Assembly: GCA_030428255.1 (NCBI GenBank)
Contig: JAUIBT010000020.1
Location: forward strand, 9,380-73,379
Source of the DNA: Alphaproteobacteria bacterium
Lineage (GTDB): Bacteria; Pseudomonadota; Alphaproteobacteria; UBA7985; JAUIBT01
DNA: 64,000 bases
Direction of reading: 5' to 3'
The notes under the pieces were generated by a model. That model was not told where the DNA came from and made no database searches. It worked only from the letters and a program-made list of their open reading frames with translations. Position 1 is the first letter of the stretch. Each line of letters starts with the position of its first letter. The position numbers and the translations under genes were made by a program. Positions 20,098 through 30,944 of this stretch are shown in pieces.

Positions 20098-20613
20098 CTA
20101 TCGGTCTGCGTCGCCACGCGGTCCGCGGCTTTGCTCCATGACCTGGGCCATGGGCACCGTCGGCTTATAGAACGAAGTGCGCACGGTCAGCGAGGTCTTA
20201 ACATGACCGACGTTTGGCGCTGGGGTCAGCTTGGAGGTCAAGAAGGTTTGGAAGCTCTCCAGGTCCTGCGCCACGATCTTGAGCAAGAAGTCGATTTCGC
20301 CCGACAGCATATAGCAGGCCCGGACCTCGTCCCAGGAGTAGCTCAGATCCTCGAACGCGCGCAGATCGGCTTCGGCTTGGGATTTCAGGCCGACATAAGC
20401 GAAGACGGTCACCTTATAGCCCAGCAACTCGGGCGACAGGTCGGCGTGGTAGCCCTTGATGTAGCCTTGTTCTTCCAGCACCCGCACGCGCCGCAAACAG
20501 GGCGGCGCAGAAATGCCCGCGCGCTTGGCCAGCTCGACGTTGGTCATGCGCCCATTGTTCTGCAGATCGGAAAGGATCTGCAGATCAGTTGGGTCCAGCT
20601 TCCCTCGGCTCAT
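20098..20613 (-). CDS. Lrp/AsnC-family regulator
   Basis: LDPTDLQILSDLQNNGRMTNVELAKRAGISAPPCLRRVRVLE. Confidence 0.93.
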   Translation of the reverse strand: MSRGKLDPTDLQILSDLQNNGRMTNVELAKRAGISAPPCLRRVRVLEEQGYIKGYHADLSPELLGYKVTVFAYVGLKSQAEADLRAFEDLSYSWDEVRACYMLSGEIDFLLKIVAQDLESFQTFLTSKLTPAPNVGHVKTSLTVRTSFYKPTVPMAQVMEQSRGPRGDADR

Positions 20614-20783
20614 GCCTGTGTCCTCATGTCATTGACCGTCCACACTTGGCCCGCAGTTTGAGAGGTGTTAGCCTCTTGCGGTACCGCTTTTGTGACCTTA
20701 TGTCTCGAAATCGAGCAAGAATGTTTCACGAAAGCAAACGATAAGCAAGAAGTTTGCGTAGCCGCTGAGTAAGTTGTCTTTTT

Positions 20784-21821
20784 ATGTTAAGTTCTGCTGG
20801 CGAGACCAAGGGTGGGCCCGCCATTTGGGTGCTCTGCGACCACAAAATCGGATCGAAGAACCAGTGTTTGGCTCTGGCCGACGCCATAGCACAGCGTTGG
20901 CGCGCTACGATAGACACCAAGGAGCTGCGGCTCAAGAAGCCTTGGCGCTGGCTTGCGCCGCAATTTCATCCGCTCAGCTTAGGCTTGCTGGAAGCGCAAT
21001 CCTGTTCGGCGCTCAGCGCGCCTTGGCCCGACCTGGTCATCGCTTCGGGCTCCAAACTGGTCGCGCCTGCCCTGGCCATCAAAGCGGCCAGTCAGGGGCG
21101 CTGTAAGGCCATCCAGATCCTTGACCCAAGCTGTCATCGCGCCCGCTTTGATGCTATCATCACCCCGGAGCACGATCAGCTCAGGGGCTCCAATGTCATC
21201 AGCATCAAGGGCGCGCTGGCTCTGCACGACCAACAGCGCTTGGACGAAGGGCGCGCGGTGGTGGCACCACTGATGCTAGGACCGGGACCGCATGTTGCCG
21301 TGATGATTGGCGGATCCAACAAGGATTATGAGCTGACCAGCGCGGCGCTGATCGCACCCGTCGAACGCCTGTTGGAGACCGGGGCAGGGCGGGTCTACCT
21401 TTGCTCCTCGCGGCGCACACCAGCGGCGGTTTTGCACGAGCTGGAGCAGCGCTTTGCCGACGACGAACGGGTTTGGTTGCGCGACCAGGCTGGGGCGAAC
21501 CCCTACTGGGGCTTGCTGGTGCAAAGCGATTTGGTCTGCGTCACTCAAGATTCGATTAGCATGGTCAGCGAGGCAGCCAGTTTGGGGCGTCCGGTCCTCA
21601 CCTTGCCGCTGCTCCGCCGTCGCCAGAGGCCCTGGCCCTTCGCCCGGCGTGCGAAGTTCCCGGCTTTTGAAGCTGCGATGCTAGCGGGCGGCCATGTGCG
21701 CCGCTTCACTGCGGGCTTTGAGGTCTGGGACGCGCCCAAGCTTGACGACATGGCGACCGCGCTGGCGGGGCTCGAACCCTTGCTCGAGCAGCACTTTGGT
21801 TGCGATAATTCGCGCTCCTGA
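20784..21821 (+). CDS. ELM1/GtrOC1-family putative glycosyltransferase-fold protein
   Basis: D.KIGSKNQC.ALA, PWPDLVIA, PEHD, MIGG, SRRTP, NPY and TQDSISMVSEA. Sits between Lrp and trxB. Confidence 0.85.
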   Translation: MLSSAGETKGGPAIWVLCDHKIGSKNQCLALADAIAQRWRATIDTKELRLKKPWRWLAPQFHPLSLGLLEAQSCSALSAPWPDLVIASGSKLVAPALAIKAASQGRCKAIQILDPSCHRARFDAIITPEHDQLRGSNVISIKGALALHDQQRLDEGRAVVAPLMLGPGPHVAVMIGGSNKDYELTSAALIAPVERLLETGAGRVYLCSSRRTPAAVLHELEQRFADDERVWLRDQAGANPYWGLLVQSDLVCVTQDSISMVSEAASLGRPVLTLPLLRRRQRPWPFARRAKFPAFEAAMLAGGHVRRFTAGFEVWDAPKLDDMATALAGLEPLLEQHFGCDNSRS

Positions 21822-21950
21822 CCATAGCCCGGGGTTTACGGCACACTCGCCCAATTCGCCAAACGCGGCATGGGTTAGCCTGGGACCTGGATTTCCCAGC
21901 CGCCAGGGCTTATCTGTGTGCCACGACGTGCAACCTTGCCAGAAAGATAG

Positions 21951-22937
<987 letters not shown>

Positions 22938-22940
<3 letters not shown>

Positions 22941-22956
22941 CGCAAACCGCGAGCAA
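22938..22956 (+). repeat. Head of the REP-like element overlapping the trxB stop codon
   Basis: TAGCGCAAACCGCGAGCAA matches 18 of 19 nt of the aglK array head, and its TAG is the trxB stop. Confidence 0.6.
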
Positions 22957-23014
22957 TTGCAGTCAAATCAATGAACAAGGGGGCTGGTGCGAATGCCAAG
23001 GGCCGCACCATGCA

Positions 23015-23878
23015 CTAATATATCCCCAATTGGCAGCAGCCTTCATAGGTCTGCGGGCCAATCTGAGCGCGGATATAAAAGGGGTAGTCAATGTCGCTCA
23101 TACCGTCAGAGCAGGCTTGGCCCCCCTTGGCGCTTTGATACAGGATGTCAGCGCGCAGCACGCCGCTGGAGGACTGTAAGGCCGTAAAGTTGCCCTGTGT
23201 CGTGGCTGTGCCCAGGGCGTTGATCTCCGTACCGTCCAGGTTGGTATAGCGCAGCTTATTGCCGATCAGTCGCAGGCCCCAAAAGGGTTCGGTGCCGCCG
23301 CACTGCCAATTCTCGCCGTGATCATCGCCACCCGTAGCCACCAGCATATGATCGGCCTCGACCCAACCCAGTTGGCCGTTTAGGCTCACTTGCAGCCAAC
23401 CTGGTTCGGCCAGGCCTGTCAGCGCGGCACTCTGGCTGCCGGGCGCTAGGCGCGCCAGGCGCGTTGCATTGGCCTGGGGCGCAGAGCGCAGGGCCAGGCT
23501 GCTGCCCGATCGAATGCCAATCACCAGACCTTTGAGCCCTTGTCCCTGCAAGGGCTGGGGCGCAACGCCCGGCTCGACCACCGCCAAATAGCGCGCCCGC
23601 GCCCAGCCCTCTAAAAACCCGTGGCGGACATAGAGCCAGTCGCCTTGGCTGGGTCCGACGGTGATGACCTCTTGGCTTCCCGGCGGCATGTCGCCCATCA
23701 ACGGAGCTTTGGCGTGAGGGGCTTGGCGCAAGTTCAATACGTCGTCGGCTGCCACATTGATGACCTGCAAGCGGGCGCGGCTGGCGACCTCGGCCAGGCT
23801 CGGCAGGGAAACGGCGCAGAGCGCGAGGCCTGCAAGCGCGGCCAAGCCGCTGCGCACAAGGGGGGCAAGCGGCTTCAT
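23015..23878 (-). CDS. Secreted protein with two bacterial SH3-like domains and a C-terminal GTEPFW/CSDGMSD domain
   Basis: Signal peptide, then DDVLNLRQAP...GWA and LALRSAP...GWV, then CGGTEPFW and ACSDGMSD..YP. Start uncertain. Confidence 0.8.
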   Translation of the reverse strand: MKPLAPLVRSGLAALAGLALCAVSLPSLAEVASRARLQVINVAADDVLNLRQAPHAKAPLMGDMPPGSQEVITVGPSQGDWLYVRHGFLEGWARARYLAVVEPGVAPQPLQGQGLKGLVIGIRSGSSLALRSAPQANATRLARLAPGSQSAALTGLAEPGWLQVSLNGQLGWVEADHMLVATGGDDHGENWQCGGTEPFWGLRLIGNKLRYTNLDGTEINALGTATTQGNFTALQSSSGVLRADILYQSAKGGQACSDGMSDIDYPFYIRAQIGPQTYEGCCQLGIY

Positions 23879-24072
23879 GGAAGTGGGCATCATGGAAAAG
23901 GTTGCGATGATCATGTCTCTAGACTTGAGCTTTGGTGTGACTAGGCTATCCCGTGGACGGCGGGCGGCTGGCAGTGTAGCACAGCAAGGCCAAGCTAGCG
24001 CAGATTGCCTGAACCCAAGCTGAAGTGCGCCGCCCTGAGCGCCACAGTCCTCTCAAAATGAAAGGCCTCGAC

Positions 24073-24774
24073 ATGACCCTTGCGACCCTCCACGAGCTGC
24101 GCGGCGCCTACGATCAATGCTTTAGCCCCTACGTGTGGCGGGTGAAAATGGTGCTGGCGCACTTGAGCATTGACCACCAGCGTCAGGGTCACGCCTTTAC
24201 CGACATTGGCGATGTCGCGGGCGGGGGCTTTAAGACCCTGCCGGTCCTGCAAGATGCCAGCGGGGCCACAGGCGATTCCTGGGACATCAGCGCCAAACTG
24301 GCGGCCGAGAGCGGCCAAGACCTCTATGGGGGGGCAGCGGGCTACAGCCTGGCGCTGTATCTCAATGGCTGGTCGGGGTTAGCGCTTTTGGGCCCGATTT
24401 TGTGCTTGCACGCGGCTTCGATCTGCCAGGACTTGCAGCGCAAGGACCAGGACTACTTCCGCACGACACGCGAAAAGCGCTTGCGCACGAGTTTGGAGGA
24501 GTTGGCGGCAGATCCAGACCCCCAGCTCAAAAAGATCAGCCGCGCCCTGACGCCGTTTGAGGCCGTCTTGCAACAGCAAGACTTCTTTGGCGGCGCGACG
24601 CCGGTCTATGCCGACTACCTGATGTTCGGCAATTTCCAGTTCGCGCGTTGCACCGGGCCTCACGATGTTCTGACCGCCAACCCAGTAATTTCAGCTTGGT
24701 TTGAGCGCTGCCTCGACCTACATGCGGGGCTTGGCAGACGCGAAGCCAGCTTTAAGGAAAGGCATGCAGTATGA
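24073..24774 (+). CDS. Glutathione S-transferase, LigE/beta-etherase-like (FuA-type)
   Basis: FSPYVWRVKMVLAH, TLPVLQD, DSWDI, QDYFRTTREKR, FFGG..P.YADY. Confidence 0.8.
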   Translation: MTLATLHELRGAYDQCFSPYVWRVKMVLAHLSIDHQRQGHAFTDIGDVAGGGFKTLPVLQDASGATGDSWDISAKLAAESGQDLYGGAAGYSLALYLNGWSGLALLGPILCLHAASICQDLQRKDQDYFRTTREKRLRTSLEELAADPDPQLKKISRALTPFEAVLQQQDFFGGATPVYADYLMFGNFQFARCTGPHDVLTANPVISAWFERCLDLHAGLGRREASFKERHAV

Positions 24775-25427
24775 TTGATATCTACCTTTGGTCCACGCCC
24801 AACGGCTATAAGCCTATGATTATGTTAGAAGAGCTGGGTATCGACTATTGCATCAAGCCGGTCGATATCAACAATGACGAGCAGTTTGCGCCCGATTTCT
24901 TGGCGATCTCACCCAACAATCGCATCCCGGCGCTTGTTGATCACGAGCCGCGGGACAAGGGCGCTGCGCTGGCGGTGTTCGAATCCGGTGCCATGTTGGA
25001 GTATTTGGCCGACAAGTACGGCGTCTTCCTGCCGAAGCAGACCCGGTCGCGCTATGAGGTCTTGCAGTGGCTGCACTGGCAGATGGGCGGCTTTGGCCCT
25101 ATGCTGGGGCAAAATCACCACTTTGCGGTCTATGCAGAGAACAAGATCCCCTACGCCATCGACCGCTATCAACAAGAGACCGCGCGGCTCTACGGCGTCC
25201 TCAACCGGCAACTTGAAGGCAAGGCCTTCGTTGCGGGTGATTATTCCATCGCCGATATGGCCATTTGGCCTTGGGCCTTTCGCCATAAGCGCCACTCGAT
25301 TGACCTGAACGACTACCCCGCCGTGAAGACCTGGTACGACGCCATGTTTGCGCGGCCTGCGGTCCAGGCGGCCTTGACAAAGACCGACCAGGCGGTGGCG
25401 GCTTACAAGGAAAGGACAGCAGCTTGA
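24771..25427 (+). CDS. yfcG: Nu-class GST, YfcG-like
   Basis: STPNGYK, ISPNNRIPALVD, FESGA, WQMGGFGPMLGQNHHF. ATGA overlap with the upstream GST. Confidence 0.85.
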   Translation: MIDIYLWSTPNGYKPMIMLEELGIDYCIKPVDINNDEQFAPDFLAISPNNRIPALVDHEPRDKGAALAVFESGAMLEYLADKYGVFLPKQTRSRYEVLQWLHWQMGGFGPMLGQNHHFAVYAENKIPYAIDRYQQETARLYGVLNRQLEGKAFVAGDYSIADMAIWPWAFRHKRHSIDLNDYPAVKTWYDAMFARPAVQAALTKTDQAVAAYKERTAA

Positions 25428-26008
25428 TGTCTAGCGACTCTGCAACTTTGGAGCTTCTGGCAAAGCGCCGCTCGATCAAGGCGGTCGATATGGGCTCTGC
25501 GCCGCTGTCTGCCGAGCAAATCGACACGATCCTGCGCGCCGGTCTGCGGGTGCCCGATCACGGTAAACTTGCGCCTTGGCGCTTTGTGGTCTTTGCAGGC
25601 GAGGGGCGCGGGCGTTTTGGCCAGGTGCTGGAAGCGGCCTATGCCAAGACTTTCCCGGACGCGGCACCCTCCTCCTACGCCTTTGAGCGCGGCCGTTTCG
25701 AGCGCGCCGGAGCGGTGATTGCCGTCATTTCTGCCCCGCGCTTGCACCCCAAAATCCCGGTTTGGGAACAGCAGCTGTCCGCCGGGGCTGTCTGCCAAAA
25801 CATGCTGATTGCTGGCACCGCGCTGGGCTTGGCCTGCCAATGGCTGACCGAATGGTACGCCTTCGATGCTGATGTGCAAGCAGCGCTGGGCCTGGGCGAC
25901 GGCGAGCAGATTGCGGGCTTCTTGTATTTCGGCAGCCGCTTGCAAGAACCCGACGAGCGGGACCGTCCCGACTTTGATGCCGTCGTGTCTTGGTATGGCC
26001 GCGAGTGA
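25427..26008 (+). CDS. Nitroreductase, YdjA-like
   Basis: RRS, RVPDHGKLAPWRF, WEQQLSAGA, WLTEW. Confidence 0.9.
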   Translation: MSSDSATLELLAKRRSIKAVDMGSAPLSAEQIDTILRAGLRVPDHGKLAPWRFVVFAGEGRGRFGQVLEAAYAKTFPDAAPSSYAFERGRFERAGAVIAVISAPRLHPKIPVWEQQLSAGAVCQNMLIAGTALGLACQWLTEWYAFDADVQAALGLGDGEQIAGFLYFGSRLQEPDERDRPDFDAVVSWYGRE

Positions 26009-27062
26009 GGCCGACCAGACACGCCTTGAAGCGCTGCGCCTGGCCTTGTGGCAAGCCTTGCAGGGCAGTGGCCTCGATGGGCTAGCCACCTTGCCGCTGA
26101 GCGCGCTGGAGGTGTTGCAGGATCAAGGCTTGGCGCACGACCATATCCGCCTGGGCGATACCGGGCTGCTGGCGCGCTTGCCCAAGCAATCGCAGTGGCA
26201 ACACAGCCCGGCGGACAATCTGGCCTATCAGGCGCACTGCTTTCGGGCCTGTGCGCTCAGCGGTGCGACCCCCAAGCTTCAGGCGGTCTTGCCCGTCAGC
26301 GCTGCTTTGCCTTACGGTGCCTTGCTGGTGGATTTTATCGCGGGGCGGCGTGCGCGCTTGCCGGACGACTTGCCTGCCATTGCCCGCTGCCTCGCCCAGC
26401 TGCACGCAAGCCCTTTGGGCACTGAGGCTGTGGCCTTGCTGGATCAAAGCGATCTCTTGGCCGCTAACAGCACCGAGCTTGATCGCCAAATGGCCTACCT
26501 CGACCGCTACCCGCTGGCGGAGGAGGCGCGCGCGCTCCTGTTGGCCCTGCGCAGCGACTTGGACGCCTGCATGCCCCACAGCGAACCAAAACCGCGCCAT
26601 CTCATCGCGAACGACACCCACCCAGGCAACTATATCCTGCGCGATAGTCAAGCGGTGCTGGTGGACTTGGAGAAGGCCGCACTGGGCAATCCGGGCATCG
26701 ATTTGGCCCACGCCAGCGCCTACACCTCGACCACTTGGGAGCCGCAAGGCGCCGCGCGTCTGGACCTTGGGCAGGTGCGCGCCTTCTATGCGCATTACTT
26801 GGCGCTGGTCGCTCCCGAGCAGGCAGAACGCTTGCGGCCGTGGCTGTTGCCAGCCCGGCGACTCCTCTATGTGCGGGCGCTGTCCTGGTGCCTCATGTGG
26901 CTGTGTGAGCTGGACAATCAGCGGTCTGGCTGGTCCCAAGAGCGCAGCCAAAGCAGTGTCGTGGCGCATTTCCAGGCCCGTGCGCAGCATTTCTTGCAGC
27001 CCGAGACCTTGGCTTGGATTGACAGCGAATTGCAGGGGCTGGAAGAGTCGCTTTGCCCTTGA
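25995..27062 (+). CDS. APH/choline-kinase-like phosphotransferase
   Basis: LAQLH, a Brenner-like NDTHPGN motif, LVDLEKA and DLAH. Confidence 0.78.
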   Translation: MAASEADQTRLEALRLALWQALQGSGLDGLATLPLSALEVLQDQGLAHDHIRLGDTGLLARLPKQSQWQHSPADNLAYQAHCFRACALSGATPKLQAVLPVSAALPYGALLVDFIAGRRARLPDDLPAIARCLAQLHASPLGTEAVALLDQSDLLAANSTELDRQMAYLDRYPLAEEARALLLALRSDLDACMPHSEPKPRHLIANDTHPGNYILRDSQAVLVDLEKAALGNPGIDLAHASAYTSTTWEPQGAARLDLGQVRAFYAHYLALVAPEQAERLRPWLLPARRLLYVRALSWCLMWLCELDNQRSGWSQERSQSSVVAHFQARAQHFLQPETLAWIDSELQGLEESLCP

Positions 27063-27227
27063 TTTTGTCAGAACGACAGCGTAGACACGCGCTTCACGCA
27101 AGACGCGGGTGCGCAGGACTGGCTTTCCAGGCTGCGAGCACGCGGGATAGATCGAGGCGCGCTTGGTGGACTGGCTTTGGCTGGGCCTTCAGACTGCCGC
27201 GACCGATCAAAGACAAAGGAAGATACC

Positions 27228-27407
27228 ATGGCTGTTCAAAAGTCGAAAGTGACCCCGTCACGTCGCGGTATGCGCCGCTCGCACGATGCCCTGAAGAACC
27301 CGACCTACATCACCGATAAGGACAGCGGTGAGCTGCGTCGCCCGCACCACATCGACCTGTCTACCGGCATGTATCGCGGCCGCCAGATCCTGGACCCGAA
27401 AGACTAA
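27228..27407 (+). CDS. rpmF: 50S ribosomal protein L32 (zinc-free type)
   Basis: [20 protein letters not shown]...[10 protein letters not shown], with an AAGGAAG SD. Confidence 0.96.
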   Translation: MAVQKSKVTPSRRGMRRSHDALKNPTYITDKDSGELRRPHHIDLSTGMYRGRQILDPKD

Positions 27408-27623
27408 ACGAAGGCGCTTTCGCGGACCTTCGGTTATTTCACCATCGTTGCCACCCGGCGGCGGTGGTGTTGCTGTTTGGGGCGATGAAAACATCAGCCC
27501 CTTGCGTCTTGTGCTCAGGGGCTCCAGTGCCTAGATAAGGCCAGGTGGCTGCCGACTTTCTCGCTTTGGCAAGACGAGAGCTGAGGCCCCATCTGGCGGA
27601 CTCCCGCCCGCCCGCCCGCGCCG

Positions 27624-27692
27624 GCGGCAGCCATGATGACAGCGGCTGGCATAATGACAGCGGCAGCCATGATGACAGCGGCAGCCATGATA
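27624..27692. repeat. 18-bp tandem repeat (GCGGCAGCCATGATGACA x3.8)
   Basis: Units start at 27624, 27642, 27660 and 27678. Confidence 0.9.
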
Positions 27693-27708
27693 AAAACACG
27701 AGGTTATC

Positions 27709-28080
27709 TTGAACGATTTTCCACCCCCTCCACCACCCAAACTGGGGTTCTTGTCCTGGTTGCGCATTGCATTTGTGCTGTTTGTGGCTGGGGTCGTGGC
27801 GGTTGTCGCTCTGTTTTTGAGCAGCATGTTTCTGATTTTCGGGCTGGTGATTGCGGCGATTTTTTCGGTTTGGGCGACCTTCAAGCTGCGGCGCTCGACC
27901 ATCAAGGGCCACTATGAAGCCCACCACGTTCGGCGGAGTGCTGGGCGACAGGTCATTCGTGGCGACTATCTGGAGGTTCTGGAAAGCCAGGAGTTGGAGC
28001 AAGACGGCAAGAAAGCCAAGAAAGGCCGCAAGCCCAAGGTGAGCAAAGCGAAGGACAAGGGCGCAAAGACGCGCAAATAG
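27709..28080 (+). CDS. Hypothetical membrane protein with a poly-Pro N-terminus and Lys-rich tail
   Basis: GAGG SD before a TTG start, a long hydrophobic segment, and two short TIKGHYE/VIRGDYL-like motifs. Confidence 0.65.
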   Translation: MNDFPPPPPPKLGFLSWLRIAFVLFVAGVVAVVALFLSSMFLIFGLVIAAIFSVWATFKLRRSTIKGHYEAHHVRRSAGRQVIRGDYLEVLESQELEQDGKKAKKGRKPKVSKAKDKGAKTRK

Positions 28081-28274
28081 AGCGGGATAGTCTGGGCGCA
28101 GAGGGGGCTGGGGCCGTGCTGCAAGGGCCATTTGCCTGCGGTCGCGCCGGGGCTTTCGCGCTGGTTTTGGTTCGCCGAAGACCATAAGGCCGCAAGCAGC
28201 GCGCAGGGGCTTTACCGCCGCTTCGGAATCGGGTAGCCAGTTGCATTCTGATTCAACCTGATATGGAGAGCTTC

Positions 28275-28850
28275 ATGTCGCAAGCCTCAAACTTGACCCT
28301 CAGCCACAGCCTGTGGGCTGGAAACCGCGCTGCTGTTTTGCGTTCTGTCGCTTTGATGGCGCTGGGCGTGGCCCTTTTGGCCGTGTCTGCTAAAGCTAAA
28401 ATCGTCATCGGCCCCGTGCCAGTTACATTGCAGACCCTGGTCGTTCTATTGATCGGTGCCAGCTATGGTTGGCGTCTTGCGGCCAGCACCGTTGTGGCTT
28501 ACCTGGCGGCCGGTCTTTCTGGAGCCCCGGTTTTTGCAGGTGAGCTGGTTGGCCCGGCATACTTCGCGGGCCCGACCGCTGGCTACCTGCTGGCCTTCGT
28601 TCCGGCTGCGGCCTTGGTAGGCTGGTTGGCCGAACGCGGTTGGGACAAGTCGGTTCCGATGACCGTTGTTGCCATGGTTCTGGGCAACTTGGTGATCTAC
28701 GCAATCGGCGCAACGTGGCTCGCGAGCATGATCGGTGCACAGAAGGCTTGGACCTTTGGCGTTCTGCCATTCTTGGCGGGTGATGCTGTCAAGATCGGTT
28801 TTGCTGCCCTGGCGCTTCCGTTGGCCTCTAAGGTCCTGGGTCGCAAGTAA
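28275..28850 (+). CDS. bioY: Biotin transporter BioY
   Basis: PVPVTLQT, G.PVFAG, GPTAGYL, PFLAGDAVK. Confidence 0.93.
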   Translation: MSQASNLTLSHSLWAGNRAAVLRSVALMALGVALLAVSAKAKIVIGPVPVTLQTLVVLLIGASYGWRLAASTVVAYLAAGLSGAPVFAGELVGPAYFAGPTAGYLLAFVPAAALVGWLAERGWDKSVPMTVVAMVLGNLVIYAIGATWLASMIGAQKAWTFGVLPFLAGDAVKIGFAALALPLASKVLGRK

Positions 28851-28876
28851 GCCACCCAGTTTGAGCATACAAGCTA

Positions 28877-29740
28877 ATGACCGTCCCGATTGAGCTGGAT
28901 GGCGCGCAGATTGCCGCCATCTATCGCTATCCCGTCAAGGGCCTGCGCGGGCAGGAACTTGCGGGCTGCGAGCTCACGGTTGGACGCGGGCTGGAAGGCG
29001 ACCGAGGCTATGCCCTGGCCAAGCCTGCCTATCATCAGCACTTTGATGCATCTCGTCAGCAAAGCGAGAACGATGCCGTCTTGGGAGCTTGGGCTCCCAA
29101 GCGGTTTTTCGTGTGCGGGGTCAGCGAGCCCAAGGCTTTGACCTACACGCCCTTGGGGGCTGCTTGGCGAGACCCTGAGGCCGAATTGCCCTTGATGGTC
29201 GAGGGGCCCGCTGGGCGCTTTGATCTGCGCCAAGACGAGCAGAGGCAGCGCTTCGCCTCTTCTTTGGGGCTCGACGAGCCGTTGAGCTTGCTGCGCAACC
29301 CCGAGGGGCTGGGATTTGGCGATCAGGTCGCCCCGGTGGTCAGCCTGGCCAATGTCGCGACTGCCCGTTGGCTTGCCGAACGCTGGGGGCTCAGCGAGCA
29401 CCCGCGCTTTGGGATGCACCCCGACCGCTTCAAGAATAACGTATGGATCGACGGCCTAGCGCCCTTTGAGGAACTCGACTGGATCACCGGCCGTTCGCGA
29501 CTGCGCTTGGGAACGGTGGAATTGACGGTCGTGCAGAACGTCGGGCGATGCGGCAACATCAACGCCAATCCGCTCACCGGTGAGACTGAGGTCAACTATC
29601 TGCAAGACTTGGCCAAGCTGGCGCTAGAGCGCGGACACATGGACAACCGGCGTGCGCGACCAGAGGCTACTTTTGGGGTCTTTGCGCTGGTGACATCAGC
29701 AGGCCACCTGACTTGTGAGGCCGCCGCGAGCGGGCCTTAA
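28877..29740 (+). CDS. MOSC-domain protein
   Basis: IYRYPVKGL, GDRGYA, RFKNNVWIDG, RCGNINANP. Confidence 0.85.
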   Translation: MTVPIELDGAQIAAIYRYPVKGLRGQELAGCELTVGRGLEGDRGYALAKPAYHQHFDASRQQSENDAVLGAWAPKRFFVCGVSEPKALTYTPLGAAWRDPEAELPLMVEGPAGRFDLRQDEQRQRFASSLGLDEPLSLLRNPEGLGFGDQVAPVVSLANVATARWLAERWGLSEHPRFGMHPDRFKNNVWIDGLAPFEELDWITGRSRLRLGTVELTVVQNVGRCGNINANPLTGETEVNYLQDLAKLALERGHMDNRRARPEATFGVFALVTSAGHLTCEAAASGP

Positions 29741-30435
29741 GACTCGGGCGCGGGCTGCACCTTGGGTTCGCGATTTTGGCAGGGCGAGAAGGGCGAACGA
29801 AAAAAATGTTCGCGCAAACGCGATGGGCGAAATCCGCCGCGCAAGCCCTGCTTCAAACCGGCGCGTACTTTGCCCATGCCGCCGAAGATCGACAGCACGT
29901 TTTCAATCCGTCGTCGGACAAAGGCTTCGGTGGTCGCCAAATCCTCACTTTGGTCATTCAGCCAAACCAGCAGGCTTGAGGAATAGACACCGCTCAGCAG
30001 CAGGCGCTTGGTGTGGCGGTTATAGTCTGTCGCCGTGTCGCCGGCGACCTTCCACATGGCATCGACCGTGCGATAGAGTGCTGCGGTGGCCGCCGGAGCA
30101 TGCACCGGCATCGCAAGCACCGCCAGCCCGCGCCGTATGGCTTCGCGCTCGTGCTGGTGTTGATCAAAACGCGTCATAATCAATGACTTGATCTTGTCGC
30201 GTACTTTCTGACTCTCAAACCACTCTTGGCCCGAAGTGGCCTCGACCAAGCGCTCGTCGCCCAAGCTTGAGTGGGCCAGCACCAGGTCGATCGGTCGGTG
30301 GGGGAAAATGTCAAAGGCCACCGCCTCGTCGATCTCCAGGGCCTCTGCGGCCTGGCGCAGCGCGGTGTCGGTCCAGCCGTCGAAGGCGGCCATCTCAGCG
30401 GTCTTGTCGATCAATCGCTTTTGCAGATCAGTCAT
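29737..30435 (-). CDS. COQ9-family protein (rpsU-divergent)
   Basis: AFDGWT, KVRDKI, VDAMWKVAGDTATDYN..TKR. Divergent from rpsU. Confidence 0.9.
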   Translation of the reverse strand: MTDLQKRLIDKTAEMAAFDGWTDTALRQAAEALEIDEAVAFDIFPHRPIDLVLAHSSLGDERLVEATSGQEWFESQKVRDKIKSLIMTRFDQHQHEREAIRRGLAVLAMPVHAPAATAALYRTVDAMWKVAGDTATDYNRHTKRLLLSGVYSSSLLVWLNDQSEDLATTEAFVRRRIENVLSIFGGMGKVRAGLKQGLRGGFRPSRLREHFFRSPFSPCQNREPKVQPAPES

Positions 30436-30647
30436 TGGAGTCTTGGGAGAAAACTGCACAAAGGGCCTCCTTTTTTTACTCTGACCCCTAAGGTGGTCCA
30501 GGATCGGGGCTTTGCCAAGGCGCTTCGGTGCCACAGGTCAGCAAATTCGATGAAAAAGCCGGTGATTACCGCCCGGCAAGGCTTCACATCCGTGTGCCCC
30601 TATGCTAGGGAACGGCTCCCTTATGTTAATTAGATCAGGATAGCTCT

Positions 30648-30851
30648 GTGGAAGTAAGTGTCCGCGACAACAACGTTGATCAAGCCCTGCGCGCTCTTAA
30701 GAAGAAACTGCAGCGCGAAGGCGTATTTCGTGAAATGAAACTGCGTCGTCACTTCGAAAAGCCTAGCCAGCGCCGCAAGCGCGAGAAGGCCGAAGCTGTA
30801 CGTCGTTACCGTAAAGTTATGCGCAAGCGCCTCGAGCGCGAAGGCTTCTAA
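30648..30851 (+). CDS. rpsU: 30S ribosomal protein S21
   Basis: [21 protein letters not shown]...FEKPS. Confidence 0.97.
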   Translation: MEVSVRDNNVDQALRALKKKLQREGVFREMKLRRHFEKPSQRRKREKAEAVRRYRKVMRKRLEREGF

Positions 30852-30944
30852 AGTCGACCAAACGTTACGGTTGGCTCAACAGTCTTGTTGATCAAAGCGG
30901 GCAGGCGGCCCACGAGCGAGCCGCGCACCGTTTGAGCGCCGCCC

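Noticed and set aside
18859..20661. 600-aa plus-strand ORF, and similar long antisense ORFs at 8098-9474, 4333-5589 and 21681-22862
   Set aside because: Shadow frames opposite well-supported genes in high-GC DNA, with no recognisable motifs.
27228..27407. Zinc-free L32 as a zinc-starvation paralog
   Set aside because: Cys-less L32 is common as the sole copy in alphaproteobacteria, and I saw no Zur-like palindrome.
27531..27917. Cys/His-rich (HGCRCH)n or (MMTAAA)n ORFs
   Set aside because: By-products of the 18-bp tandem repeat, overlapping the better-supported 27709-28080 gene.
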